Origin: the human T2T-CHM13v2.0 reference genome, Homo sapiens
NCBI RefSeq assembly: GCF_009914755.1
Contig: NC_060947.1
Direction: 5' to 3' (one strand)
Length of the DNA: 64,000 nucleotides
Below are positions 27,346 through 42,927 of this stretch, one piece after another (position 1 is the stretch's first letter; each line of letters begins with the position of its first letter). Under the pieces are notes generated by a model. That model had not been told where the DNA came from. It saw only the letters and a list, made by a program, of their open reading frames with translations, and ran no database searches. Both the position numbers and the translations under genes were made by a program.

Positions 27346-29926
27346 CAGGTGTTGGGAGTGCCAATCACCTATTGTGCTATATCCAGAGCACATTATTATT
27401 GAGTTCTGCTTTATATCAATGTTTTAACTTCTGAAATATACTTGAACATATAATGTATACTTAAGTTGAAACAAAGAATACCGTCTTGCTACTTCTACTC
27501 TTTGTTCCTAAGCTTCTTTTCTGAAGCAACACAGCTCTCTAAAGACAGTTATAATGTCTTAGACTTACTTCTGTGACTTATACTATGAAGAATGCACACA
27601 CTATTGTGGCAATCATATGAATATTACAGAATAAATTTATTTTTAATTCAAATAGTGACCATGAATTTATCTTTTCATGGTTGGCCTGGGAAATCGTGAC
27701 ATTAAGGAACACACAAAAATCAAGCATCCATGAGTGAGATAGTTTTGGGGATGATAAGACCAAAAAAATGCATTGTATCAATGCAACACATTATACATTA
27801 AACATTAATCAACCTTGTCCATAAATGTCCTTCACCATATCAGTGCTGCAGACCTTTGGCTACCCCACCCCATCCATGTGGGGGTAGTTTCCTTTCTTAG
27901 AACACACACACACATCAGGGCCCTTATCATGGTGCTTTCCTCAAGGAATATGATTCCTGTTAACAGAAATCTGGGCTATTCAGAATATAATGTGTTCACT
28001 GATACATATTATATGCAAGCTGAAAGTATGTATCTGGGTTCTTCTTCCTAAATTATTTGAGAAGTATCCAGTTTTGTTTTCCCCCACTTGACTTCTGTCT
28101 ATAGTCTCAGAATAATACCATGATTTTGTTTTCATGAATGGTCTCTTTTCCCCCATTTTGACAGCTTATTTTCTTCTGAATAGTTCTTCTTTGTCTCTTA
28201 TTACTGGGTGTTTTTGAAAAAGAAAAGCCTATTTTTTATAGCTTGCTTTCATATAGTTTCCCAAGAAAAACATGTACCAATGATCACAAAATCATCACCA
28301 TCAGAATATTTTCAGATTGTCTGCACCCTTCTAAGGAGGTGGAGAATTTTTTGATTGATTGCTGCCAAGTTCAATACTATAAAAGTAATTTGAGGTTTAC
28401 TGGGATGGAAACAATATCCTCTATAATTTCTCCATTACTGCTAGTAAATCTGCTTGTGTTACTAGCAAGTAATATTTAAATGCATGTCAACAGAGGGACT
28501 TTGAAAATCTGGAGAAAATCAAAAGACAATATGGTCTCTAGTTAATTTTAAAAATATTTTAACAGATTAATATAAGATCCATACAGAAAGTAAAATACGT
28601 AAGTACTTGAATCAAGAAATGTAATACTACAAGATCCCCAAGAGCTCCCTTACCAATTTCATGCTTCATTATTTCTTCAGTGTGTGATCATACATTCCTA
28701 CAAAAATACACTTTTTCCTTTATCTATTTTTGAAATTTATATAAATAAAACTACACAATTCATATCCTTTTGTGTTTGGATCCTTTATATAAAGTTTGTT
28801 GAATGCAGCAGTAATTTATTTAATTTCATTGCTGATGATGTTCTATCAAAGGAGTATGCTACAATTTATCCATTCTACTTTTGATAAATGTTTAAATTAT
28901 TTTCAGTTCGGGGCTATTATAAAAAAATGCTGAAATAAATATTTTTGTATGTACATCCTGGTGTTTAAATGAATGTTTCTCTAAAGTATATGTTTAGGCG
29001 TAGAATTGCAGGGCCATGGGATACATGCATCTTTAAAATTACTGAATAATGACAAACTGTTTTCTAAAATGGGTTTACAATTTAAATTCCACACAAGAGT
29101 TCATAATACTTTTCATTGCTCCACATTATCCCCACCAATTAGCATTATCCTACTTTTGTTTCAACTTACCTGTGAGGTATAGAGCTGTCATGTTGTATGT
29201 TTACCATTACCCTTGAAACTAATAAGGTAAGCACTTAATATATTTTCACTGGCTACTTGATTTCCTCTTTTATTAACTGCTCAAAATTTCGCCAATTTTT
29301 TTCTATTGAGTTGTCTTTTTCTAATTAATTTGTAAGAGTTCTTTATACAAATTGATTGCCAGTTGTATATGTGGCAAGTTTATTTTCCTATTCTGTGGCT
29401 TATCTTTTCATTTTTTATATCTTTTAATGACCAAAAGTTCTTAATTTTTATATTGTCAAACTTATCAATCTGTTTCTGGGTATTCAGTGCCATTTCATCT
29501 TATTTAAGATATATTTACTTTCCAGAATTCTAGAAGACACTATATTACATTTTTAAAGTTTTATTAATTTGTATTTCACATTTAGAGCACTAATCTATGT
29601 GGAATTGATTTTTGTTTATTATGTGAAGTAGGGGTTCCATTTGGTTTTATTTCTTAAGGAAAACCAAGTTTCTGAGCACCATTTAAGAGTACCGTTTTTT
29701 TCACTTTTATGCAAGTACTGTGTCTGTCATTAATCAAGTAGCTGTATATACAAGAGTCATTCTGGATCTCTGTACTCTGTTCTTTTGGTCTATTAGTCTA
29801 TCTTTGTATCCAAAAGACTTAATAACTATTTTTCGTAACTATATTTCTAGAATTGCCTCTCTGTATCTGGCCTGTTCTATTTCAAGTGCAATGGAGAAAC
29901 AGCATATCAAATTTTATAAAAATTCT

Positions 29927-30065
29927 GGCTGGGTGTAATGGCATACTCCTGTAGTTCCAGATACTTGGGAAGCTGAGTCTGGAGGATCACTTGAGCTCAG
30001 GAGTTTGAGACAAGTCTGGACAACATAGTAAGACCCTCATCTCTAAAAATAATAATAATAATAAT
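29927..30065 (+). mobile_element. FLAM_A-like Alu monomer
   Basis: Single ~120-bp monomer with cctgtagttccag...gatcacttgagctcaggagtttgagac and an (AAT)n tail. Confidence 0.85.
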
Positions 30066-30611
30066 ACATTGAATCTATAAATAAATTTGAGGATAATTGG
30101 TATCTTTGTATCATTGACTCTTTCAATCCATAAACATGATATACCCCTGCATTTACATACATTTTCTTAATAAGTCTCAATAAAACCATATGGTTTCACA
30201 TGTAGACATATTGGATGTCTTTTGTTAGATTTAATCCCAGGCAATTTCAATTTTATGCTATTTAAATTAAAGTCAGATTTCACTCTTTTGTTTTCTTGTT
30301 GATATATAGAAATATCCTATATTTCTATGCATGTTATATATATAAACTTTGTTAATGTCACTTATAGATACAATAATTTATCTGCTTATTATTTTAGATA
30401 TTCCTTATACACAATCATAACACTTGTGGATAGTGACAGTATATTTTTGATTCCTTACATATATTTTTTCTTTCCTTATTATACTAGCTAAAACATTGCA
30501 TAAAAAATTGTATAAAAGTTGTAATAATGGTAGTTTTTATGTCATTCCTGTTTTCTAAGAGAAAACTTTTAGTATTTCGGAATTAAGTATGAAGTTTGCA
30601 TTTTGGATAAT

Positions 30612-31016
30612 TTCTATGGTTTGAATGTCCCCTCCAAAACTCATGTTGAAATTTAATTCCCTATGTGGCAGTATTGGAAGTGGGGACTTTAAGAGGTGAT
30701 TAGGTCATGAGGGCTTTGTCCTCATGAATGGATTAATCCATTAATAAATTAATAGATTAATGGTTTATCACAAGAATGGGACTGGTGGCTTTATAAGAAG
30801 ACAAATAGAGACCCATGCTCTTCCCCCTTGCCATATGGTGCCCTGTGCCATCTTGAGACTCTGCAGAGTCCCCACCAGCAAGAAGGCCCTCACTGGATGC
30901 GGCCCCTTGACCTTAAACTTCTCAGCCTCCATAATTGTAAGAAATGAATTCCTTTTCTTTATAAATAACCCAATGTTAGGTACTCTGTAGTAAGAAACAG
31001 AAAATGGAATAATTCA
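30612..31016 (+). mobile_element. MSTD-like MaLR LTR
   Basis: tatggtttgaatgtcccctccaaaactcatgttgaaat...; exact 5-bp TSD ataat at 30607-30611 and 31017-31021. Confidence 0.9.
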
Positions 31017-31901
31017 ATAATTATACTTGACCAGATTGAGGAAGTAGCCTTCTATTCCTAGTTTGCCAAGTTTGTTAAATCATCAATGAATATTAAATTT
31101 TATCAATCGTGACTTTTATATTTTTTAGGTTGCTTGTATAACATTTTTTAATGTAATGAATTTCTGAAGAAAATTTGTTTAGGATTTTTACATCTATGTT
31201 CATGACAAAATTTATCTCTAATTTTGTTATTCATACAGTCTTTGTTGCATTCCAGTATCAAGGTAATTTAGAAAAATGAGATTGGAAATGTGCCCTGTTT
31301 TCTATTCTCTTAGAGTTTGTATAAAATTGGAATTATTTCTTTTTTGAATGTTTTAGAGAACTCATCACCGAAGGCATTTGGCTCAAAATTTTCTTTGTGA
31401 AAAAATTTCTGATTATCAATTTGATTCTGTATTTTTAAAATTACTATGATACAAATATAAAATAATAGACAAAGGGAACAGAATAGAAAGGCCCAAAATA
31501 GCACTGAAATAATTTAAGAAATATGATAATTTCTCTTCAGTTAGTTTTGATAACTTAGCTCTTTGGCAGTTTGAACATTTAATCTAAGAATTCAAGTTAT
31601 TGCTAAAAAGTTCTTTGAATATCTTATTTTTTAAATAACTTCAAGCATTATGGAGATATTCCCTTTTTTATTATTGTGGTTATTTGTGTCTCACATTTGC
31701 AATTTGTTAGTCTCATTCAATTTTTTATATCAGTCATTTCAAATAGTCCCTAGTTCTTGGTCCCTAGTAGATGTTTGTTTTCTATTTGTTAATATATTAT
31801 CATTACCATTTGCTTCTAGATTATTTAGCCTATTGTACTGACTTTTTCCCCACCAAATTGACTTGGTTATGTAGTTTATTAACTTTTAACCTTTATTTTA
31901 T

Positions 31902-32204
31902 TTATTTAATTACTTTTTTTGAGACAGAATTTCTCTCCGTGTGTGTATTGCCCAGGCTGGAGTGCAGGGGTGCAATTATGGCTCACTGCAGTCTCAACCT
32001 CCTGGCTCAAATGATCCTCCCACTTCAGTTTCTGGAGTAGCTGGAACTGTGCCACCACACCTGGCTAATTTTTCAATTTTCTTTTGTAGATATAGGGTCT
32101 TACTATGTTGCCCCAGGTTGCTCATGAACTCCTGGGCCCAAGCAGCCTCCTGCCTTGGCCTCCCAAAATGCTGGGATTACAGGCATGAACCACTGCATGT
32201 GGCT
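31902..32204 (-). mobile_element. AluJ, antisense
   Basis: Antisense dimer with J diagnostics; TSD-like ctttatttt on both sides. Confidence 0.9.
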
Positions 32205-32782
32205 CTTTATTTTTAATGTATACATTTAAGACTGTAAATTTCTACTAAGTACTGCTTTTACAACATTGCAAAGGTTTTGGTATGCAGTATATTTTGTCAC
32301 CACTTTGATATTATGCTCTTTTCTAACTTTAGTTACTGTTGAGAAATCAGCTATGATTTCTGTAACTGTTGTTCATTGAAGACAATATTTTCTTCTCACT
32401 TATTTTAATATATATGCCTTTGTAATTTTAAAGTTTTACTGTAATGTGACTGTGGTTTTTTAATTTATATGGTTTGAGATTCATTGGATTTATTAAATTT
32501 ATGGATTATAGTCTCATAAATTCTGTAAAATTCTCACACATAGTCACATCAAGTACTGCTTTGGTCACTTTCTTTCTCATCTAAGTTTTTGGATTCCAAC
32601 TGAAGATATATTAGGCCTTCTCATTGCATGCTCTATGATTTTTACTCTTTTTGTTCCACCTTTATTTTTTGTCTCTATGTGCTAACTTTTTGATATAGTA
32701 TGCTGAATTGATTTTTAGTTCACTCATTCTCTCTTCAGCTGTTTCTAATGGGTTTTTTGTATTTAATTGCAAGTGAAGTTTA

Positions 32783-32935
32783 ATCTCATTTAATCTTCCT
32801 AATAACCTTTGAGGTTGTTTCTAGGAGTAGTCTCATTATATAGAGAGGGAAATTATGACTTTCAACGATTATGGAATTTTCCCATGTTCTCATAGCTAGT
32901 GACAGTACCAGCATTATCATCAGCTGATCAGATTA
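32783..32935 (-). mobile_element. MIR fragment
   Basis: tctcatttaatcttcctaataacctttgagg...catagctagtga, the MIR core. Confidence 0.65.
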
Positions 32936-32977
32936 CAGAAGTTTACTTGGAAATAAACAAGTAAAATTGTTAATAGA

Positions 32978-33271
32978 GGCCAGACACAGTTGCCCATACC
33001 TGTGATCTCAGCATTCTGGGAGGCCGAGGTGGGAGGATGGCTTGAGCACAGGAGTTCAAGACCAGCCTGGGCAACAAAGTGAGACCTCATTTCTACAAAA
33101 CACGAAAACAAAAAGTTAGCCAGCTGTGGTGCTGCATTCCTTTAGTCCCAGCAACTTGGGAGGTTGAGACAGGAGGATCACTTGACCCCAGGAGGTCGAG
33201 GCAGCAGTGAGCCGCGTTCGTGTCAATGCACTCCAGCCTGGGTGACAGAGGGAGACCCTGTCTCAAGAAAA
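32978..33271 (+). mobile_element. AluJ
   Basis: Full dimer; TSD-like taaaattgt(t/g)aat. Confidence 0.92.
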
Positions 33272-33642
33272 TAAAATTGTGAATGGAAGTGTAAACTGAA
33301 GCTTAGGTCATAACTTTATTAATTCTTTTTTCTGCCATGAAAATATTGTCCATGACATAACCAGCTGATACTAATATTTGACACTAACATATTAAATGTT
33401 AATGTTTTCAATTGCCTGGAATTTGTATACTATATGTTATGTGTACATTTATTTGTGGTCTACACATTATCTCTTTCTGTATGCTTAGGTGAGAATGCAC
33501 AATTTTTTTAACCCTGATATGAGAAAATTGCCAAAGTATATGTTAAAATTATATTGGTTTTACTTTAACTAAAGTTTTATTTACTATGAATCCAAAAAGA
33601 GGAAAACATTAAAATTCAGAGCTTGATGCATATTTACTTTCA

Positions 33643-33727
33643 AAAAGAAGAAAAAGGGAGAGGGAAGTAGAGAGAGGGAGGAGGACAAGGAAGGAGGGAG
33701 GAAAAGGGGGGAGGAGGAAGAGGGGAA
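33643..33727. repeat. Polypurine (GA-rich) low-complexity tract
   Basis: Seen directly; ~85 nt almost all A/G. Confidence 0.85.
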
Positions 33728-33743
33728 CAACTACCAAATCACT

Positions 33744-34165
33744 GAATACTATACAGCCATAAAAAGAATGAGATTTGCGGGGGGATTTGTGGCAACATAG
33801 ATAGAATTAGAGACTATTATCTTAAGAAAAATAACTAAGAAACATAAAATCAAATATTATTTGTTCCCACTTATAAGTGGGAGCAAAACAATGGGTACAC
33901 ATAGATATACAGAGGGAAATATTAGACACTGGTGACTCCAAAAGAGAGAAAAGGGGAGGCAAGTGAGGGTTGAAAACTTACCTATTGGATACAATATTCA
34001 CTATTAGGGTGATGGATACACGAGAAGCCCAAATCTCAGCATCATGCAATATATCCATGTAACAAACCTGCACATGTACCCCCTGAATCTATAAAAAAAT
34101 GAAAAAGAGATGGAAGCCCCCTCAAAAATAAAATAAAATAAAGGACTATAAAGTTATCAAAAAAA
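33744..34165 (+). mobile_element. L1PB-like 3'UTR fragment
   Basis: gaatactatacagccataaaaagaatgag ... aacaaacctgcacatgtaccccctgaatcta followed by an A-rich tail. Confidence 0.85.
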
Positions 34166-37100
34166 TAAAACACTAAAGAACATCCGGTATAAATTTCATC
34201 TCTTTTTCCACCTTGTAGGTAAACCAGGAACTAATTCCACATGATACACCTGATGGGGAAAGAGGCATAGGCACCTCTAAAATCAGAAGAGCGAAAAAAC
34301 TTATAAGCCCTCACCTATCTATAGCTAACTGAATTAGCACATATTGACACTTCAGCAGAAACATGCTAAATAATAGATAGCAAAGCGCTCCTGAGAACAT
34401 CCTCATGTTCTTTGCTCTGCTGAAGCTCACTGCGGATACGCATTTTCAGAACTCTCACCTAAGCATTTTTTCAGCACATTAAAATGTTGCTGTAAAGCAC
34501 CTTACTAAAATATCAATTTACCTATTCAGAGAGTCCAAGCCTATGTCCCACATTTTTGTGATATATAGCAAACTCTCACTGTAATAGACAAAACTAGTTA
34601 AGTAGAAATACTTGTTCTTATTTTCTAATATGTGAATTAGGTCAGAGTTTCCCAGAACAGTACTTGTTTAGTGAATGCCGTTATGTCATAGCAAGCAAGT
34701 TTACCCTTATTCACACCAAGACCATAAAGGAAGTGTCATTTTGGAAGGAATATTAATACACAGGCATTTATAAAGCTGATTATAAAATCCTATTTAAGCA
34801 ATATGATTGTTGGTTCCAGTATAAACACATTGTTTAAAACTGGGTATGATCTAAATAAGAATTAATCGTGAACAAATGGTACATACAAAACAACTCATAT
34901 TAATAGAAAATTTTAGAATTATGAGTTAATTTATTTAAATTGTGGATAAACAAAAGCTTGAAATATTAGGATATTGTACAGTTTTTGTGATCAATGGGTA
35001 AATGCATCATTCAAAAACAAGGAAAGAGAAAGATTATAAGGTTAGAAGTGTTCTTAAATTGTTAAAAATAAAACTCAAATTTGGACAACTACATTTCTGA
35101 ATATTAGTAACAAAATAATAAATGAGAACAAATAACATTTTTATAATTGGCTAAGTCTGGCATTGTAATGTTATAAAATGAAAGTTCATCAAGATCATAC
35201 CAATAACATGTGCCAGTATTTTTAAATTTATTTTAATATATAATATATTTATCTTGATAGTCTCATGCTTTTCCATCTTTCATCCAATGAATGAATCCGA
35301 AAACTGTTTTCAGTGTAAATGAGAATATCTTCCAAATTTGATATTGGTCGTGCTTTGACAGTAAACTATAACCTAAAATGTGAAACTAGCCTAAGAATAT
35401 ATGATTAAAGATCTGTAGAAAAATTCAAGTGAGTCATTGTACAGAAATCTAAATGAACCATACAATTTTAATTTTCTAAGTGTAAAAGTTTGCTTGGGAT
35501 CTATAGTCTATTTCAAATAAAAGTGGAAATTATCCTTACATCATCCACTTAAAAGACATCATGTCAGAATGTAGATATGCATTATTTTAACTGGAATGTG
35601 AAGTAGATTTTTGTTTCCCACCATGACTGTGTATGTGCAGAGAGATGTGAGGGAAAATAACTATTTTAAGGAAAAATGGTGTATGCCACATGTCACCAAA
35701 CATGCAACCATCTGAATACTTATAATTTACTGACATTTTTCAATTGAGAACAGCACATAGGTACCCTCTATGGTAACCCTTTGCCTGTTGTAACCTGTTA
35801 GGGCTTCATGCTTACGTTTTGTGTGAAGAAAGGCTGTAGCTTTAAACCCTTAGAGGTAACTGACTGAATTTAAACATAAAAATTTTGAGAAATAAAAAAA
35901 GGTAGCTGCACAAACCTTTTAAAGAGAGAGGCAGAGAGAAAGAGAGAGACTCATTTATGAAGCAGCATCTGGATAAAAAGTCATTACAGAAAATTCCATA
36001 GGTTTTTAAAAATTCACTTTAAAATTATCCACTCTGAATGCTAGGTAACTCTCTCTGTTTTCTACGTATTATTATCAAAGTCTAAGCCAATGCACACAAG
36101 TCAGATTGAATCAGTAGAACATGGTCAATCAATTATTCACAAATGTTTTAAAACTAACCATTGGTTTCAGCAATTTAACTCATGTTTGGTTTACATATAC
36201 TTAGGCACAGCCAAAGCAAAACTTTGTTGTGCTCTGATGTCAGACTTTATTTTGATTGCATTCTGTTAGATTTTAATAGCCTGCAGCTGTGTGACTATAA
36301 GGGCTTCCTTCAGCTTTCCTAAAAAACAAACTCTACATGGTAGAAGATAATTTCCTTTGGTCTCACTTGGAACTACCAAGTAAGAATATAAAATCATAGC
36401 ATTTAGCCCCAACTTCCCTCCACTCTCTCAGTTCTATAGAAACAATAAATTCACCAGAGAAATGGTACGAGAAACAAAAATTATGTGATTCTCAAAAGGC
36501 ACATTGCTTGAGGTTGCTGTGGCAATTATTTTTTAGAATAATTTTCACACAATTTGACCTAAAAGAAGATACTTGAAGTCTTAAACCCTATTGATTGCTT
36601 TGGAGCTGTTTTACTTTATTTACCCCTTGTGGGTTATTTCTTGTCATTGTGAAAGCACATCCAAGAAGAGTGGCAACCATAGATATACATTTAGGCTAAG
36701 TGTCCAGCAGTTTAAGTAGTATACGTGTTATGGAAAAAAAAGATTATTAAATTATATATAAGTTTTAAAATTGAATTTAATGCTCTAAACTTTGATATAA
36801 ACTTATATTAACTAATATTTTTGGCCTCACTTTCTTTTCAGATTCTCTAGGTTGTTGAAAAAAACATTTTTTTAATACTAAGCATCTCTCTTTTTCTGTT
36901 TTGTTCCTTGTCATGTTGAGGAAATCATTTCTATAGGGATTATGTGTCCAAGATAATAATTAGGAGGCTGGCCAAGAACGACCCTTGAGGCAGATGGATT
37001 TCCTTTTTTGTGTGTGGCTAACTTCATTACCTTCTGTAAACGATTTAGTATCTCTGTTCTTTATTTTCCCAACTTGCCAATGGGACTAGTTCAAGGAATA

Positions 37101-38178
37101 ATTGTGAAGACAGAATGTCCTTCAAGACTTCTGATTTAATATAATAAAATAGAATTATTGCCATATATCCTCTCTCAAATCTTCTCAAAGGAAAATGTAA
37201 AGAAGAAACTGGAGAATAAACAATACAACGAATTATATTTTCAGTTGCACATGATAAACAGTGAGAAATCAGAGCTGAAACAATGATGTGAGTTTCCAGT
37301 GCCACCCCAGATCTTGTAAAAGTTAAAAATCAGTATTCTGAAAGGCATAACCAATGTCCCTTTGATTAGAACACCTTGAGTTTTAAGGTCACAGGAAAGA
37401 TTGTTTAGGTCACTGCAGAGGCTGCGGCATGATACCACAGAGCCACAGGGAGGGGGAAGTAAAGTAAAGAAAATTATGCATTTGGCAGACCACAAGCCAT
37501 TTCTGTTGTTTACAATTTTGTCTTTTGCTAGGGAAGGTGGGGGTGGGATGGGTGTTAAGTGGACCAAGGATGGAGGAAGGTCTGTGGATGCCAAATACTA
37601 GTATGGAGAAACATCTGCTCTATAAAGCTTTGCATCCAACGTATAAGCAATGTATACTACCAGGATAAATAGCTCTTTGTAGGAAGAATGTGAAAGAAAA
37701 GCCCAAATAGAAAGAATGGACTGTTCAGTTCACTTCACTTCCCTTCCATTATTTGTCAGCATGTAGCCTGCTTCAATCAAAGATGAATAGGAAAGGAACC
37801 AAAATAGTACTTATTTATAATAACTGAAAAGGCAAATATAGAATACAAATTATAAAAAAAGAGCTGCCTAAATAAATATAGAAATATTCAGGACAAACTA
37901 TTTTGCACAATCTCTGAAATATTACAGACAAAGTGATTTGTGTAAAAAAAGAACATAAAGAGAATATAAGCATAAGTACTCAAAAAGAGATTGTTGGAAG
38001 CAATCTTCTATCTATAGCCAAGTAGGGAAGTCATTGAGTCTTCTCCCTAAAAAGCAGTTATAAAGCTGAACAAAACTGATTTAAAACAAAAGCATTGTCA
38101 GCACTCTTGAAATTATCCAAAGGGAAACAACAAATAATCTGAGTAATTTCCTCCAATGCAAAAAGGCAATAAGGAAAT

Positions 38179-38540
38179 TGTCTTAGTCCATTTGGCTGCT
38201 ATAACAAATGCTATAACACCTTAGAGTGGGTAATTTATAAACAAAAGAAATTTATTGCTCATAGTTCTAGAGGATGAGAAGTCCAAGATCAAGGTGCTAG
38301 CAGATTTAATGTCTGATTATGGCCCATTCCTCATAAACAGTACCATCTAGTTATATCTTCATATGGCAGAAATGGGGAACAAGCTCCCTCAGATTACTTT
38401 TATAAAGTCACTAATCCCATTTATAACACCTTTGCCCCCATGACCTAATAACCTCTCCCAAAGTCCTCAACTCTTGATGCTGTCACATTGGAGATTAAGT
38501 TTCAACATATGATTCAGGGACAACATAAACATTAAAAGCA
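38179..38540 (-). mobile_element. MLT1A-like MaLR LTR
   Basis: tgtcttagtccatttggctgctataacaaa...gaagtccaagatcaaggtg...gattaagtttcaacatatga. Confidence 0.85.
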
Positions 38541-38589
38541 TGGAAGGGAAGAAGGAGGGAAGGAAGGAAGGAAAGAAGAGTAAGTTAAA

Positions 38590-39805
<1,216 letters not shown>

Positions 39806-39811
39806 TAGTGT

Positions 39812-40115
39812 TTGTTTTTATTGTGGTAAAACACACGCACACATAACAAGAGATCTACCCTCTTAACAAAATTTTAAATGTTCAAAACAGTGTTGCTAAC
39901 TTATAAGCACCATTTTCTACAGCAAATACCTAAAACTTCTTAATCTAGCATAATTGAAATGTTATACCCATTGAATATCAACTCCCTATTTTCCCCTAGG
40001 CCCTTCCCTTGGCAACTGCAATTCTACTTTCTGCTTCTATGAATTTGAATAAATTAGATACTTCATATCAGTGGCATCATGCAATGTTTATACTTCTTTA
40101 ACTGGCTTATTTTCC
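39812..40115 (-). mobile_element. L1MA/MB 3' end, antisense
   Basis: ttttattgtggtaaaa...gagatctaccctcttaacaaa...ccttggcaactgcaattctactttctg. Confidence 0.8.
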
Positions 40116-40324
40116 TCATTCTTTATTTTAGTGATGATTCCCACCTCTTAAAGAGACATAATTTCCCCTCTACTCCCACCTTCCTTTACAGAAATCTTTT
40201 AGGGCCTATTATCTTCTTATGGTGGAGAAAAAAAAAAACCCTGCATCACCACAAGGTTAACAATTCTTCCTATTTATTTTAATTCCCACTCCCCCATCAA
40301 ATTCAAGCAAATTAAATATAAGAT

Positions 40325-40820
40325 TGTATTAGTCAAAAATGTTTTTTCTGACTAAATAGGGTCTAAACCATAAGACCATTATTTGTGTTCTTAACCAGAA
40401 GCCTAAACATGAGCAGTTAGTTATGAAAGCCACCAAAAACTGTGGCTTTTAAATTCTTTCTGTCTGCCACCCTTACCATATTCGCTTTTAATCCTCAGAT
40501 TAAAATTTGTGACTTGCTGCCATCCCAGGCATCAGGGTCTCATAACAGAATTCCAAGCAGAAAGTAAGGAGAAAGGATAAAAGTTCTTCCCCTCTGAGAT
40601 TGTTTTGTTATCCAAGATAAAAATCTTTCAGAACGTTCACAGCAATATTGTCTTGGGTTTCATTATCCAAAATCTCATCACATGACCATTCCTAGCTGCA
40701 AAGGAGAGTGGAAAATTAGTGTCTAACATTCTTTGGGTCTGGGCACAAAAAGTGCCAGGGTATTATCAGAAAGAAATAAAGGGTGGATAGATGTTAGATA
40801 GACCAATGTGTCTGCCAGAA
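40325..40820 (-). mobile_element. Old MLT1-type LTR
   Basis: tgtattagtc start; catgaccattcctagctgcaaaggag; tgtctgccaga end. Confidence 0.6.
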
Positions 40821-41108
40821 CTGCTTTTAATTAAAATAGCATTTTATTATGATCCAATATTTCTTAAGTTGTATCTATCTAAAGTTTTACCAACATTCAC
40901 ATAGAGATACAAGAAATTAAATTCACCAAATGCTGATGATGTTTATTTCTGAATGGTTGAATTTGGGATAATACTTTTGCTTTTATCTTCATCCAGTGCT
41001 TGGATCATTTTTGAACATGTATCAATTTTATAATATTAACAAAACAATTATTCTTTTAAAACACTTTAAAAATATTTTTTGTGAAAATCAAAATGTTTTC
41101 AATGATGG

Positions 41109-41492
41109 TGTATTGTTAGTCCATTCTCACATTGCTATAAAGACCGACCTGAGAATGGGTAATTTATAAAGAAGAGAGGTTTAATTGGCACATGATTCCA
41201 CATGTACAGAAAGCATGGCTAGGGAGTCATCAGGAAACTTACAATCGTTGCAAAACTTCAAGGGGAAGTTGGCACATCCTACATGACTGGAGCAGAAGGA
41301 AAAGAGAGAAGGGGGATGTTTCACACACTTTTAAACAACTAGATCTCATGAGAACTCACTCACTATCATGAGAACAGCAAGGGAGAAGTCCACCTCTATG
41401 ATCCAGTCATCTCCCACCAGGCCCCTCCTCCAAAACTGGGTATTTCAATTCGACATGAGATTTGGGCAGGGACATAAATTCAAACCATATCA
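41109..41492 (-). mobile_element. MSTA-like LTR
   Basis: tagtccattctcacattgctataaaga ... gggcagggacataaattcaaaccatatca. Confidence 0.9.
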
Positions 41493-41757
41493 GACAGTAT
41501 TGTTGCTAGTAACAGATCTATCTGGAAAGGCATTAAAAATTAGTTTTCAGTCTGTAACATACTGATATCCCTGAAGTTATCTAGTCTTTGAGAAAAGTGA
41601 TCTGAGCACAAAGAAATCTAACTTTCTATAATAAATGTGTATTATGTTACATTTTTAAGAAAATGTTGCAGAGAACTGGTTTTTAAAATACCTTTGCAGT
41701 CAAGGCTGATTACTTCAGTAGGCCAAGAAATATATAAGTGCATGACTTAATAGTTCC

Positions 41758-41799
<42 letters not shown>

Positions 41800-41846
41800 G
41801 CACACACACACATACTAACATGTGTGTGTGTGTGTGTGTGTGTGTG
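41758..41846. repeat. (TA)n-(CA)n-spacer-(TG)n compound microsatellite
   Basis: Seen directly. Confidence 0.95.
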
Positions 41847-42270
41847 CATCTTGGTTTGTGTTGCTCTGAAGGAATACCTGAGGGTGGGTAATTTATAAAG
41901 AAAAGAGATTTATTTAGCTGAAGGTTCTTCAGGCTGTACAAGAAGCAGGATATCAGTATCTGCTTCTGGTGAGGGCCTCAAGTTACTTCCACTCAGGGTG
42001 AAAGGGGAAAGGCAGCTGATGTGTAGAGATCACATGGTGGGAAGCAAAAGAGAAAGGAGGAAGATGTTAGGCCCTTTTTAACAAGCAGTTCTCATAGCAA
42101 TTCATAGAGCAAGAACTCACTCATTACCATGTATATGGTACCAAGTCATTGATGAAGGATTTGTCTCCATGACCCAAACACCTCTCACCAGGCCCTACTT
42201 CCAACACTGGGGATCAAATTCCAACACAAAACTTGTCAGGGCCAAACAAACCATATCCAAAACCATAGCA
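41845..42270 (-). mobile_element. MSTB-like LTR
   Basis: ggaatacctgagggtgggtaatttataaag...atctgcttctggtgagggcctca...aaccatagca. Confidence 0.85.
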
Positions 42271-42560
42271 ATATGACATATAGATTTTATTAGGACTCTA
42301 TCAATCCAATATAAAGAAGACAGAAAATCATACAGAACAGCAGTCCAATGCTAAATTCATAAAATCCTTGTATGTTCAATGAATGTTTGGTCCCATTCCT
42401 TTTTCTGCAGAAAGTACTAATACTTCAGACTTATAATTATTTCTTCCCATATCATAACTATGTCTAATTGATTTGGCAGAGCCTCCAGTAAGACATCCCA
42501 GGATTGAGTAGCTCCATGGACAATTTCCATCAAAGAGTTTCCTAAAAAGAACTATTAATC

Positions 42561-42927
<367 letters not shown>

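Larger units (their letters stand above)
28550..32760 (-). mobile_element. Ancient L1M fragments (antisense) hosting FLAM, MSTD and AluJ
   Basis: Antisense L1 motifs throughout (gctattataaaaaaatgctg, cattgaatctataaataaatttg, ttctattcctagtttgcc). Confidence 0.75.
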
